A DNA stretch of 38,081 nt from a virus (Duplodnaviria > Caudoviricetes), in IMG/VR virus record IMGVR_UViG_3300048599_000906, positions 1 through 38,081 of that record. The stretch is one strand, 5' to 3'. Below, piece after piece: positions 22,538-33,000 of this stretch (its first letter is position 1; each line of letters starts with the position of its first letter). The position numbers and the translations under genes are program-made. The notes under the pieces are model-generated. The model was not told where the DNA came from and did no database searches. It saw nothing but the letters and a program-made list of their open reading frames with translations.

Positions 22538-25006
22538 ATGGGCAATGACAATACAGTCCGCATAAACATTGAGGCGTACAACAAAACCCAGGCCGCGTTT
22601 GCGGAGCTGAAAAATTCCTTCATGTCGCTCTCAAACTCTGCCGGCGGCAGCATAGAGGGCATACTCGGCAATATCACAAAAATAAACCCCGCTCTGCTCG
22701 GTATAAGCGCGACCGTCGGCGCAGTCACCAGCGCCATCGGCCTGGCCTATACCAGCCTGAAAAAATGGATGGAGGTCGGCGAGCAGCTTAACGCCATGTC
22801 GCAGAAAACCGGCATTTCGGTTGAGGATCTCTCTTTACTTCGCTATGCCGTAACGCAGTCTGAAACAGACATGGAGACGCTCGAAAAATCGGTCGGCAAA
22901 TTCAGCCAGAAGATCGCCGCGGCCATGGCCAACAGCGGAAGCGACGAGGCCAAGGCGTTTAAAAAGCTCGGCATAAGTGTAAAGGACAGTGAGGGAAATT
23001 TAAAAAGCACCTTTAACCTGTTACTTGAAGTGGCCGACGCCATGGAGAATTTAAGCGACGGAGCCGTAAAGGTAGACCTCGTTAAATCGCTTTTCGGCAA
23101 AGGCGGCACGGCCCTTATCCCCTTGCTGAATGAGGGCAGCGAAGGCATAAGGAACCTGATGAAGCGCGCCGAAGAGCTGGGACTGTCGTTTACCACAGAA
23201 GGCGCCAAGGCCGCGGATGAAATGTCTGACAGCATAAAAGACCTCGGTTATGCCGTGGAGGGGCTGAAGCTGTCTATAGGCGCGCTGGTGGCAGGGCCGC
23301 TGCAGGATCTGATAGACCGTTTCAGCAAAAGCGACGCCTCAAAGTTGCGCAATGAAATACGCAAGATAAACGAAATGCTTGACGATCAGGGCGAACTCGC
23401 GGCAAAACGCATGTCGTGGCAGATGTCCGGCATGGCTGGGTTTATCCCGACCAACCTCGTGTTCAATGATCCAAGCGCGGCGTATTCCGACCAGGCGCGG
23501 CAGACCCTGAAACAGCGGAAAGAAGAATATCAGAAATTACTCGACGCCGATAAGGCCGAAAAAAAACAAAAAGAACAGCAGCGCGCGGACCTGGCAAAAC
23601 AGCAGGCCCAGGACCAAACCGATAAAAAAGCGCTGGACGACAAAAAAGCTACAAATGACCAGATGTTGCAGTTGCAGCAACAATATTTGAAAGAATCGCT
23701 CGATCTGTATAACGCAGAGGTAAAGGCGCGTGAATCGGCCCTGGGCGTTATGCGAGATCTCGGACTGAAGACGGAAGAGCAATATTATAGTGAGAAGCAG
23801 GCTCTCGAGGTAGAGGCTTTGCAGACGTCTATTGACACCCTCGAAAAAGAGATAGCGGCCAGACAGGCCGCATGGGACAAAATAAAGGACGCTTACAAAG
23901 AAGACAGCGAAAAGCAGAAAGCGGCGTTTGAGGTTGAAAAAGATATAGCCCAGAAACGCGCGGAGATAAATAAAAAACAGATAGAGCTTGAGGCCAAGGC
24001 CACTGACGAAATAAAGGGCTATATGGAGGCGGCGAAGAAAACCGCAGAGGGCATAAAAAACAGCTACGGCGAACAGGAAAAGGCCGCGACTGAATGGCAA
24101 AAAGTTTTTACCGACGCCTACGACAACGCAATAAAAAAAGTAGACGAGCTGAAAGATAAACAACAGCAGCTGACAGAGGGCATACAGTCTGCCGAAAAAT
24201 TCCTCTCAACCTGGGGCAAAAAGGCAGTTACGGCGGAAGAGCAGAAGGCGATAGACTACAAGGCCCTTCAGGGCCGCCTGACGCAGGAAAATTTCAACTA
24301 CACAGACCAGGCGCAGACGCTTGGGCTCATGAAAGACATCCAGGCGTTTATGACGCAATACAAGGGCACTAAGGGCTTTTTCGAGTTCGGCAGCTCTTCC
24401 GAGGGCTGGGAGGCCGAGCGCATGAAGACCGCCCTCGAGGACCTGACGAAAAAGGCGCGGGGCATGCAGGACCAAACCGCGCAGGACCTTGACATATGGC
24501 AGAGGTTTGCAAATGACATGCAGAGCAGCGCGCAGGCCATGGGCGAAAAGGTGGAATGGCTGAAGACCAAAATTGAAGAGCTCAATAAGGCTGTGAATTT
24601 CGACAGGCAAGTGTATATAGACACGTCAGCCGCCGAATCGCAGTTAAATAATTTACTCATACAAATTGCAAATGTTAAGGCCCAGCTTGCGGCCCTTGGC
24701 GGCTCAAGCTCGGGCCAGGTGACCGTTACGACCCAGGCCGCAGAGGTAGCGGCTCCGTCTCTGGCTGTTGGCACGCCTTACGTCTACAAGGGGGGCCTTG
24801 TAAACGTGCACGCCGGCGAGGCGGTGCTGACAAAAGAGCAGAATTCAACCGGCGCGGCAGGATCACAATTTGTAGTGCAGGGTGGTATAATTGTCCAGGG
24901 CGCTAATAAGGACGGCGCTACGCTTGCGCGCGAGATAGATGGGGAATTGGCGCGGCTGTATAAAAACAACCGCTCAGCCCTCGGGCAGGAAATGAGGAGG
25001 CGATAA
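22538..25006 (+). CDS. Tail tape measure protein
   Basis: 822 aa, helical; SQKTGISVEDLS.L.YA, LFGKGG..LIPLLNEGSEGI, C-terminal AVGTPYV...VHAGEAVLT. Confidence 0.92.
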   Translation: MGNDNTVRINIEAYNKTQAAFAELKNSFMSLSNSAGGSIEGILGNITKINPALLGISATVGAVTSAIGLAYTSLKKWMEVGEQLNAMSQKTGISVEDLSLLRYAVTQSETDMETLEKSVGKFSQKIAAAMANSGSDEAKAFKKLGISVKDSEGNLKSTFNLLLEVADAMENLSDGAVKVDLVKSLFGKGGTALIPLLNEGSEGIRNLMKRAEELGLSFTTEGAKAADEMSDSIKDLGYAVEGLKLSIGALVAGPLQDLIDRFSKSDASKLRNEIRKINEMLDDQGELAAKRMSWQMSGMAGFIPTNLVFNDPSAAYSDQARQTLKQRKEEYQKLLDADKAEKKQKEQQRADLAKQQAQDQTDKKALDDKKATNDQMLQLQQQYLKESLDLYNAEVKARESALGVMRDLGLKTEEQYYSEKQALEVEALQTSIDTLEKEIAARQAAWDKIKDAYKEDSEKQKAAFEVEKDIAQKRAEINKKQIELEAKATDEIKGYMEAAKKTAEGIKNSYGEQEKAATEWQKVFTDAYDNAIKKVDELKDKQQQLTEGIQSAEKFLSTWGKKAVTAEEQKAIDYKALQGRLTQENFNYTDQAQTLGLMKDIQAFMTQYKGTKGFFEFGSSSEGWEAERMKTALEDLTKKARGMQDQTAQDLDIWQRFANDMQSSAQAMGEKVEWLKTKIEELNKAVNFDRQVYIDTSAAESQLNNLLIQIANVKAQLAALGGSSSGQVTVTTQAAEVAAPSLAVGTPYVYKGGLVNVHAGEAVLTKEQNSTGAAGSQFVVQGGIIVQGANKDGATLAREIDGELARLYKNNRSALGQEMRRR

Positions 25007-25746
25007 TGGCGAATGTGGGCCTCGCGTATAAAAACATACTTGAGACCTCGACGGTATACCTGCAGACCGGGTCGGCCCAGGCCGCATACCCGCTATGGCG
25101 GCTGTATGACCGCGACATCGGCCGGATCTTCGCGGCCGCAGCGGCGTCGACGCTGGTTGTCCAGGTAGATCAGGGGGCGAGCGGCAATATCGCCGTTGAT
25201 TCTCTTTTCATCCCGGCCGGGCATAACCTTTCGGGCTTGGCCCTGAGCCTTGCCTATTCGGCGGATAACAGCGCGTATACCAACGCCGTAACCGCATGGA
25301 CGCAGGCCGACGCGCTGGACATTATAAAGACCTGGACGGCGATCACGCGCCGGTACTGGAGATTTTCGATAACCTCGCCGGCCAAGATCCCGCAATTCGC
25401 GGAATTGTTTTTGAGCTCTGTCTACACGTGGGAGACAAACCCTCTGCTGCCCAAAGGGGCCTATGACCCCGTATTCAACGTCGCAGTCAAAACCACGGCG
25501 GCCGGGCAGGATCGTTTTCTGATACAGGGCGCGGCAAAGAGGCGTAGGTCATATACCGTGAGTTGTGACGAGACACAGGCGGAAAATATAAGCGCGTTTT
25601 ACGACGCATATGCAGGGTATAAACCTTTCTGGCTCAGGGACGATGATGGCATCTGGATTTACGGCCGCCTGAGCGGGGAACTGCAGCTGACAGAAGACGA
25701 ATTCGGCATGAACTATAACTTCGATTTTATCGAGGTTGTTGCTTAG
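25006..25746 (+). CDS. Distal tail / baseplate protein
   Basis: Directly after the tape measure gene; beta-rich, with RRYWRF and KPFW motifs. Confidence 0.65.
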   Translation: MANVGLAYKNILETSTVYLQTGSAQAAYPLWRLYDRDIGRIFAAAAASTLVVQVDQGASGNIAVDSLFIPAGHNLSGLALSLAYSADNSAYTNAVTAWTQADALDIIKTWTAITRRYWRFSITSPAKIPQFAELFLSSVYTWETNPLLPKGAYDPVFNVAVKTTAAGQDRFLIQGAAKRRRSYTVSCDETQAENISAFYDAYAGYKPFWLRDDDGIWIYGRLSGELQLTEDEFGMNYNFDFIEVVA

Positions 25747-25762
25747 CATAAAAGGGGGATGT

Positions 25763-26878
25763 ATGCTTAAATTCAAGCGCAGTTTGATTTTAGCGGTCAT
25801 TACAGTATTCTTGCTCATGGGCTGCATGTCGGCGCATGCCTGGCTGCAGCTGAAAAACGGCGCGGTATCGACGCTGGCAAGCGGCATCACGTCGAGCGCA
25901 ACATCGGTTACTCTCACAAGCGGCACGGGGATAAAATTCCCGCAGAGCGGCAGTTTCAGGGCTGTGATTTGGACCTCTGCTTATTCAAGCAGCGCGAATG
26001 ACAGCACGGCGGAGTACGTGACCGCGACATGGACGAGCGGAGACACGTTTACTATTGTGCGGGCGGCTGAGAGTTCCACTGCAAAGGCGTGGAGCGCGGG
26101 CTCTTATTTCGCAAACGTGGTGACCGCCGGTAAATTTACCGAGATACACAGCGCGGTGGACGCCAAGGCCGGGCTGGCAAGTCCTGCATTTACGGGGACC
26201 CCTACGGCCCCGACGGCGGCGAGCGGGACGAACAGCACGCAGCTCGCAACTACAGCGTTTGTTTACGCGCAGGCGGCTTCTTCTGTGCCGCTCGTCAATG
26301 GCGCCGGGGCGGTCGGGGATAGCGCATACTGGGCGCGGGCAAACCATGTGCACCCTACAGACACAAGCCGCGCCCCTGTGGCCTCGCCTACATTTACCGG
26401 CACAGTGACGGCTCCGCGCATTGTCGCAACCGGGCAGGTGACGACAGGCGGGCTTAAGCGCGTTACAACGCAATTCAATAAGACATCCAGTACGACGCTG
26501 GAGAATATACCGGGCTTGTCTGTGGACGTTGAGGCCGGGAAGACGTATGAATTTTACACAAAATTATATTATTCCGGGGGAAGCGGTAAGGGCAAGGTGG
26601 CAATAAGTGGCACTGCCACTTCAACAAGTTTAATAGGCATAATGTTAGACACCTCAACCTTTTCCCCTGAATGGTTCACAGCGCTAAATTTTGCGTTGGG
26701 TAGTGGGGGCTTGCAGGGCTATGGCTTATATTATCAATACGACCTCGTACAAATAAATGGGACAATAACAGTTGCGACCTCGGGCACACTAACAGTTCAA
26801 TTCGCACAGTACACATCAAATGCCACAGCTTCTTCAATCCTCGTAAATTCTATTTTCAGCGTCCAGGAAATCCAGTAG
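25763..26878 (+). CDS. Tail fibre protein with N-terminal signal peptide
   Basis: MLKFKRSLILAVITVFLLMGCMSAHA, then STLASGITSSATS domain, SPAFTGTPTAPTAA..TNSTQLATTAFV, ARANHVHPTDTSR, and a C-terminal QFAQ beta-sandwich. Confidence 0.8.
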   Translation: MLKFKRSLILAVITVFLLMGCMSAHAWLQLKNGAVSTLASGITSSATSVTLTSGTGIKFPQSGSFRAVIWTSAYSSSANDSTAEYVTATWTSGDTFTIVRAAESSTAKAWSAGSYFANVVTAGKFTEIHSAVDAKAGLASPAFTGTPTAPTAASGTNSTQLATTAFVYAQAASSVPLVNGAGAVGDSAYWARANHVHPTDTSRAPVASPTFTGTVTAPRIVATGQVTTGGLKRVTTQFNKTSSTTLENIPGLSVDVEAGKTYEFYTKLYYSGGSGKGKVAISGTATSTSLIGIMLDTSTFSPEWFTALNFALGSGGLQGYGLYYQYDLVQINGTITVATSGTLTVQFAQYTSNATASSILVNSIFSVQEIQ

Positions 26879-26890
26879 GGGCGCGGCTGC

Positions 26891-27688
26891 GTGGGTGTAT
26901 TTAACGCATATGAAAAGGCCGCTCTGGAGCACGAGCTTCAGGGCGGCTCTGCGCCCTCGGGGTTTGAAGTTGGTCTGTTCAACTGTACTCCTACACGCAC
27001 CGACACGGCGGCAACCCTCACAGGCGAGCTGTCCGGTAACGGCTATGCCCGCGTTGCCCTGGGACGCAACACAACAGACTGGCCGACCCTCAACCCCGAC
27101 AGTGACGGGCATCCGCGCTTGACATCGAAAGAGATTTTTTTCACCGCTACCGCGACCTGGAGCGCGGTGACGGTGTGGGTGTTGTTTACCACGGCCGGGG
27201 CGGTGGTGGCGTGGGGATCGCTGGGCAGCAGCATAAGCCTGGCAGCCGGTAAAACTATGGGGCTGCGGGTTTCGCTGAAGGGTGTGACCGAAATGCCTGT
27301 AAAGGGTTCTATCGATGCCCTGGGCGGTGGCCTGGTTGAAAACATTTACTCAGCCGCGGCCCTGACGAAAAAAGCGTCGTACAAGGATTATCCCAGCTCG
27401 GACGACCTCTTTCAATATACAGATCTGAACGAGGCTTCAGCCGTCATAAAAAAAATCGAATGGGACGACCTTAAACAGCTCATTCAATATGCAAACAAGG
27501 CCGCGTTCCCGACAACGGGCAACGCGGATAGATATTATTTAGCTCTCGATACGGGGGTATTGTATCGCTGGTCAGGGACGGCATATATTGCGCTGTCGGC
27601 CGCCACGCCGATTGTGACCGCTCCGAACGGCACTCAGTGGCGCGTGGCTGTAGACAACGACGGCAACATAGGCGCGGATTCAATATAA
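26891..27688 (+). CDS. Tail fibre adaptor / minor tail protein
   Basis: E.SGNGYARVAL...FTATATW domain; C-terminal FPTTG....YLALDTGVLYRWSGTAY. Confidence 0.7.
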   Translation: MGVFNAYEKAALEHELQGGSAPSGFEVGLFNCTPTRTDTAATLTGELSGNGYARVALGRNTTDWPTLNPDSDGHPRLTSKEIFFTATATWSAVTVWVLFTTAGAVVAWGSLGSSISLAAGKTMGLRVSLKGVTEMPVKGSIDALGGGLVENIYSAAALTKKASYKDYPSSDDLFQYTDLNEASAVIKKIEWDDLKQLIQYANKAAFPTTGNADRYYLALDTGVLYRWSGTAYIALSAATPIVTAPNGTQWRVAVDNDGNIGADSI

Positions 27689-27702
27689 GGAGGGGTATAT
27701 AT

Positions 27703-29952
27703 ATGATCAGGTACTTTTTAATAGCTCTTATCTCTATCTTCAGCCTTGCGACCATGGCTGCGGCGACTGAGGTTCGCACCGTGCCGAATACGAGGACCGT
27801 TTGCGGGCATGCGCTGAGCGCGGACGTGACGTGCTCGGTAGGCGACATAAGCCGCACCACCTACACAACAACGACGGCGGCCGCTGCGGGCTATTACCGC
27901 ATTGCGACCATACCCATCAGCTCAACGATCAAGCAGACGCAGTTTATTATCAAAGCCTACCTCGCAAGCGGCACCGTCACCGAATCGACCGTAACGGTTA
28001 ACCTGGCTTACAATTCAGCCAACTACGCCTCGCAGATCATGGGAGTGATAGCGAATACCTCGCATTCATACAACAGCGACAACGACGCCGATCCCGGCTG
28101 GGTATTGAGATATGTGCGACTGTCTTTCGACGCGTCTTATGCGTACATCGATGTTTACAAATCCAAGCCTACCGCCGCGACGATAGAAACCACGCCCCTG
28201 ACGCAAAACGATTGGACCTGGGCTACCGGCAGCCTGACCGTCAACCCGACCGTGGGCGCATACAAAAACACGTCCGCTTATCTTTGGTATGGACTAACAG
28301 GAAACAGCATAACGGCCAGTAGCGCGGCATCAAGCACGTACAGTAATTATGGCGTTGAATATGGTCGCAGCCTCGCAAATACCACGGACAAAACGGGGCA
28401 GTGGGAATATATAGGCTATATTTACCTCACGTATGACGGAACATATCGATATGGGCAATCGGCAAACATCGAGATCAAGCTCAAGGAGCTGACGGCCGCC
28501 GCAACGGTCGCGCCTGCGGACCTGGAGGACATAACTCTCAATGTCAAGATCACAATGCCTACCGTCGCGGATTCGGCCGCATTCAACGCCGCCATACCGT
28601 CCGTTTCTTTGGACATGACCGGGAAAACGAGCCTTGACCCGACCACGGACATAGCCGCGCTGGTGTACAGCACGTCCACAGGCGCTAAATATGTGCGCCT
28701 CTACTATAAATATAAGAGCGGCAATACTCATTACAGCATCCTGCCCCAAAACCGATACGGGCAGGGCTATTCAAGCGCATATGCGCCCAGCACTAACATT
28801 TATTTTAATGTCGCGACCCAGCAGGCGGCTGTAGCCTCCCTTCCCACGCCCGCGCAGGGCAGTGTCGTGTATGGCGCGTGGCGGAAAACCCCTGCCGCGC
28901 AGGTAGATATATCGAAGTCCGATGTCGGCCTCGGTAATGTGGACAATACGGCCGACACTGATAAGCCGGTCTCCAGCGCAACATCTACCGCGCTGGGTCT
29001 CAAGGCGCCGACGGCGAGCCCGACCTTCAGCGGGACCCTCGTGATCGGCCCCGGCACGGCCACGGACGCGCTGGTGACGACGCAGTTTAATGCGACATCG
29101 AGCACGACCCTTGCGGACGTGACCGGGCTCTCCCTGAGCGTATCGGCGAATACGCGCTATGCTTTCCGGGCGCGGCTATACACCACGTCCGCGTCGGCGG
29201 GCGGCGTGAAAGTGGCGATCGGCGGCACGGCCACGGCAACGGCTGTTGTCTACGACACGCTCATATATAATGCCGGATCAGTGACCCAGGGCCGGGCGTC
29301 TGCCCTTGCGAGCTCTACAGGCGTAACGGCCGTAACGGCCGCGTACATTGAGATAGCGGGCACGATCAACGTAAACGCTGCCGGGACACTGACGGTGCAG
29401 TTCGCGCAAAACGCAAGCTCCGCCACGGCGAGCAGCGTGCTGCCGGGCTCTCAATTCTCAGTGACGCAAATACCGAATGTGATCAGCGACGGCGGCTACG
29501 TGACCATCACAACGCAGGTAGATGCGACATCGAGCACGACGCTCGCAGAGGTAACGCAGTTGTCCCTGCCCGTCACGAGCGGCCGCAAATATAAGTTCAG
29601 CGCGCTCTTATATACGAGCTCCAACAGCGCGGGCGGGGTGAAGGTCTCAGTCGGCTCAGTCAACAGCGCGACCGTGACTAGCGTGCTCTACGATACCCTG
29701 ATTCATTCGGGCGGATCGATTACTCAAGGCCGGGCGACGGCGATTGAATCCGCCACGGGCCTGACAGCCACAACGGCGGCCCTGATCAGGATTGAGGGCG
29801 TGATCACCGTTAACCTCGGCACCGTCTGCACTGAGGATGAGATGAGCGCTTGCACGACCCGCAAAATCGCGGTGAAGTTCGCGCAAAATGCGAGCAATGC
29901 AAGCGCGTCAAGCATTCTCGTGGGATCGACGTTTCAGATGATCCCGCAATAG
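27703..29952 (+). CDS. Long tail fibre / receptor-binding protein with N-terminal signal peptide
   Basis: AAGGAGG RBS; MIRYFLIALISIFSLATMAAA; VPNTRTVCGHALSADVT; KSDVGLGNVDNTAD.DKPVS; two tandem C-terminal FAQ beta-sandwich domains. Confidence 0.8.
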   Translation: MIRYFLIALISIFSLATMAAATEVRTVPNTRTVCGHALSADVTCSVGDISRTTYTTTTAAAAGYYRIATIPISSTIKQTQFIIKAYLASGTVTESTVTVNLAYNSANYASQIMGVIANTSHSYNSDNDADPGWVLRYVRLSFDASYAYIDVYKSKPTAATIETTPLTQNDWTWATGSLTVNPTVGAYKNTSAYLWYGLTGNSITASSAASSTYSNYGVEYGRSLANTTDKTGQWEYIGYIYLTYDGTYRYGQSANIEIKLKELTAAATVAPADLEDITLNVKITMPTVADSAAFNAAIPSVSLDMTGKTSLDPTTDIAALVYSTSTGAKYVRLYYKYKSGNTHYSILPQNRYGQGYSSAYAPSTNIYFNVATQQAAVASLPTPAQGSVVYGAWRKTPAAQVDISKSDVGLGNVDNTADTDKPVSSATSTALGLKAPTASPTFSGTLVIGPGTATDALVTTQFNATSSTTLADVTGLSLSVSANTRYAFRARLYTTSASAGGVKVAIGGTATATAVVYDTLIYNAGSVTQGRASALASSTGVTAVTAAYIEIAGTINVNAAGTLTVQFAQNASSATASSVLPGSQFSVTQIPNVISDGGYVTITTQVDATSSTTLAEVTQLSLPVTSGRKYKFSALLYTSSNSAGGVKVSVGSVNSATVTSVLYDTLIHSGGSITQGRATAIESATGLTATTAALIRIEGVITVNLGTVCTEDEMSACTTRKIAVKFAQNASNASASSILVGSTFQMIPQ

Positions 29953-29965
29953 GAGAGGAAGAGAC

Positions 29966-32575
29966 ATGGAAATAACAGGCGGGGCAATACCCGGCGCAGC
30001 AATACCCGGAGACGCGATTGTCGGGGCCGGAGAGGCCGGAATAAGCGGCTCATCGACGGTTACGCTTGATCAGGCATTTGACGCGCAAACCCTGCGGCCT
30101 GTAAGGCTGGTGACGATTACGCCGAAAAAATCAGGCGCGCCTGTGCTGCACTTCTCAACTCATAATGTCACCGTCGCGGGCCAGATTTACGAGGCTTATA
30201 TCGAAGATATCACCCGCATGGCCGACGAGACGAAGCGCGCCGATTCGGCCTGCCTGAACGCGGACATTACCATTATTTTCCTCAACGACCGCTGGGGCGC
30301 ATACACGCGACTGAGTGAGCTAAACACCGTGTATCCGTTTGCAAATGCGGATGTGGTGATCAGTAACGCCTATTTTGACGCCGACGGCAACCTGCTGAAC
30401 ACTGAGCAGGTGTTCCGGGGGGCGATTGACCAGCTCGAAAATATCACGCTGCAGACGTTTGAGGCCCCGGTTAGCTCCATGCCCGCGTACAAAGATCGCG
30501 CCTGGGAACAGGCGAAAATCAATAAGACCACGTGGCCGAACGCGTTTGAAGATATCGGCTCTGTAGAGCCTGTCATTTACGGCAGGAACATCAAGGCCCC
30601 TGCCCTGCGCGTGGCCTGGGGGCCGAGGACTACGCTGGCATACAATATAAGTGATTCGACCAAGGCTCCGACAACGGTCACGTTGCCGGACAGCTCTAAA
30701 ATTTCTCTTGGCATAATGCTGTCTGAGCATGCGCGCTTTGCGGCCGCAGGCGTGGTAATAATCGATAGCGAGGAGATATACCACACCGGCGTTGATGGAA
30801 ACGGCAACCTGACGGGCGTAACGCGCGGCTACAACAGCACGACAGCGACGAGCCACCAGGCAGGCGCGACCATATGGACGAAACAGACCTACTACGATAG
30901 CCTGCTTGCCTGCCATGCACTGCATAGCGTTTCCGCGATCTACGCGGAGATTTCGGGCGAGCTGGTTAAATGCCTGAGCGGCATTTCAGCCGTCTACACG
31001 GGCGGTAAAACGCTACTCAGGGCCACGAAACAGATCGGGATCGACAGCGGGCTGGTGGACACACTCGGGCTGGATCAGGGCAGCCATAACCATTTAGCCT
31101 CGGGCAGCGCTACTGCAGTGTACGGCTCGTCGGCGTCGGCTTCGGCCGGGGCATGGTCTACGGTAGTAGGCGATCCTTCCCGGATGAGAGATCAGGGGTA
31201 CGGAGAAGCCTGCAGCATTGAGAGTAACGGCACTGTAGGCACAGACCCGAGCGGGACGTTCCGCGTGTCGTTCCCTTCTCAGGGTTCGGGCGGCTATTAC
31301 ATGTGCATAACCTATTCCGCCACGCTTGCGGGAACGAACGGCTCTGTCACTATGAGCGGCGGCGGGACAACCGTGTCCCTGGGCGCGGGTGATGGAACTA
31401 AAAAATTCGCCTGCTCCTCTTGTCCGACCTCGATAACGGTAACATTCCGGGACGGTTCCGATACATACAGCTCTGGCGCATGTGCAATCTACGAGATTTG
31501 GTATGAATATTCGACCTCGACAATCAGCTCATCACCGGCGGCAGGCGTTAAACTAACCGGGGAGATTGCCCTGGTGGACACGTGGGTTGTTGACCGTTTC
31601 CACGCGCTCTGTAACGGCTATGCCTCGCCCGACGCGGCGTATGGCACAGTAGGGGCTGTGATCGAGCGGCCCGACTATGCAATAAAACATTTCCTGCGCG
31701 TTATTGTCGGCCATGCCGCAGAGGAGATCAACGCTGATTCTTTCGCGGCCGCCGGGGCGAAATACGCCTCCGCCATCACGGGCGGCTATGCGTTTGCCTT
31801 TTCGATCCGCGACGAGATAAAACCATCGGATTTTGGAAAGCTGATGGCGTATGAGTGCCGGTCGAACCTTCGCTATGTAAACGGCAAATGGCGGCTGGAC
31901 TATATAAATGATTACATCCCCGCGTCGTCGAAGACGATATCAAGCGCGGACCTGTACGGCGCGGCCGCGCAGTTTGAATTTACGGAGGGCAGTATAACTG
32001 ATGTATATAACGATTACACGAGCTATTTCGGGCGGAATTATAGCAAGCAGGGCTCGGAGACCGACTGGACGGATTCTGTGGACGCGGCCGGCACGGCCGA
32101 CTCTATTGCGCGATATGGGACACAGCACAAGGATGTTAATTTCGAGCTCATACGCACGGCAGCCATGGTCGCGCATGTGCTCGCGCATATAGTTATCGAG
32201 ACTCAGTATGTCCCTCTGTCCGTGGTCGGGCGCATGCTGTGGCAATATTTTGCCCTGCGGATCGGCGACACGTTCAGAATCTCGAACGAGATCTACGACG
32301 GCCGTCTCTTCTACACCGAGAAGTTCAGCCGCCCCGAGGTTGACGTTGTTGAGCTGACCGGCCGGGATTGGTGGGGAGGGGTAGAGGCTGCAGGCGGCGG
32401 CATTACCGCCATCGATGCAGACGCTCCTGGCGGCTATGCGGAGACGGACAAAACAGGAGAGTCGACAGCCGAGGATGGGACCCTCGTGGAGTCCTGGGGC
32501 ACGGTAACGCTTGCGCCTGGAGAGTCCACGGCCGAAGCGACTGTGACAACACTATCTGAAGTGACTATTTACTAG
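29966..32575 (+). CDS. Large tail tip / baseplate hub protein
   Basis: 869 aa; PVIYG, IDSEEI...LTGVTRGYN.T.ATSH..GA, SIARYG, IGD motifs. Confidence 0.7.
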   Translation: MEITGGAIPGAAIPGDAIVGAGEAGISGSSTVTLDQAFDAQTLRPVRLVTITPKKSGAPVLHFSTHNVTVAGQIYEAYIEDITRMADETKRADSACLNADITIIFLNDRWGAYTRLSELNTVYPFANADVVISNAYFDADGNLLNTEQVFRGAIDQLENITLQTFEAPVSSMPAYKDRAWEQAKINKTTWPNAFEDIGSVEPVIYGRNIKAPALRVAWGPRTTLAYNISDSTKAPTTVTLPDSSKISLGIMLSEHARFAAAGVVIIDSEEIYHTGVDGNGNLTGVTRGYNSTTATSHQAGATIWTKQTYYDSLLACHALHSVSAIYAEISGELVKCLSGISAVYTGGKTLLRATKQIGIDSGLVDTLGLDQGSHNHLASGSATAVYGSSASASAGAWSTVVGDPSRMRDQGYGEACSIESNGTVGTDPSGTFRVSFPSQGSGGYYMCITYSATLAGTNGSVTMSGGGTTVSLGAGDGTKKFACSSCPTSITVTFRDGSDTYSSGACAIYEIWYEYSTSTISSSPAAGVKLTGEIALVDTWVVDRFHALCNGYASPDAAYGTVGAVIERPDYAIKHFLRVIVGHAAEEINADSFAAAGAKYASAITGGYAFAFSIRDEIKPSDFGKLMAYECRSNLRYVNGKWRLDYINDYIPASSKTISSADLYGAAAQFEFTEGSITDVYNDYTSYFGRNYSKQGSETDWTDSVDAAGTADSIARYGTQHKDVNFELIRTAAMVAHVLAHIVIETQYVPLSVVGRMLWQYFALRIGDTFRISNEIYDGRLFYTEKFSRPEVDVVELTGRDWWGGVEAAGGGITAIDADAPGGYAETDKTGESTAEDGTLVESWGTVTLAPGESTAEATVTTLSEVTIY

Positions 32576-32585
32576 GGAGGTATAT

Positions 32586-32999
32586 ATGTCAGCAGGCGTT
32601 TTTTTGCAGTATGAATACGATCAGCTCCATTCTTTTTTCCGCGGCGGGGATCTCCCTGCCGGGTATGAGGTTGCTCTTGTTAGCTCTGAGCCGTCCAACA
32701 CCGATGCGCCGCTGGACTTGGTCGGCGAGCCCTCAGGTAACGGCTATGCAAGGGTTGCCCTAGGGCGCAATACAACCGACTGGTCGACCGTGGAGCTCTC
32801 AGACGGGCACTATCGCGCCGTGAGTAAGGGCGCGGTATTCACGGCATCGGGCGGGGACTGGCCCGAGGTGAATTACTGGGTGTTGCTCACAACAGATTCG
32901 ACGCAGCGGGTTGTGGCCTGGGGGCCGACGTCGGAGCCGTTGACGCTCCTGAACGGGCGGTCTTATACGCAGGTAGTGGCGCTGAGGAAGAGCGGGTAA
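32586..32999 (+). CDS. Minor tail protein, paralogue of the N-terminal domain of 26891-27688
   Basis: Shares SGNGYARVALGRNTTDW, FTA....W, WVL.TT and VVAWG. Confidence 0.75.
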   Translation: MSAGVFLQYEYDQLHSFFRGGDLPAGYEVALVSSEPSNTDAPLDLVGEPSGNGYARVALGRNTTDWSTVELSDGHYRAVSKGAVFTASGGDWPEVNYWVLLTTDSTQRVVAWGPTSEPLTLLNGRSYTQVVALRKSG

Positions 33000-33000
33000 A

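Noticed and set aside
26459-29949. Diversity-generating retroelement acting on the fibre tips
   Set aside because: No reverse transcriptase in the window, and I saw no TR/VR pair differing only at adenines; the repeats are diverged protein paralogues
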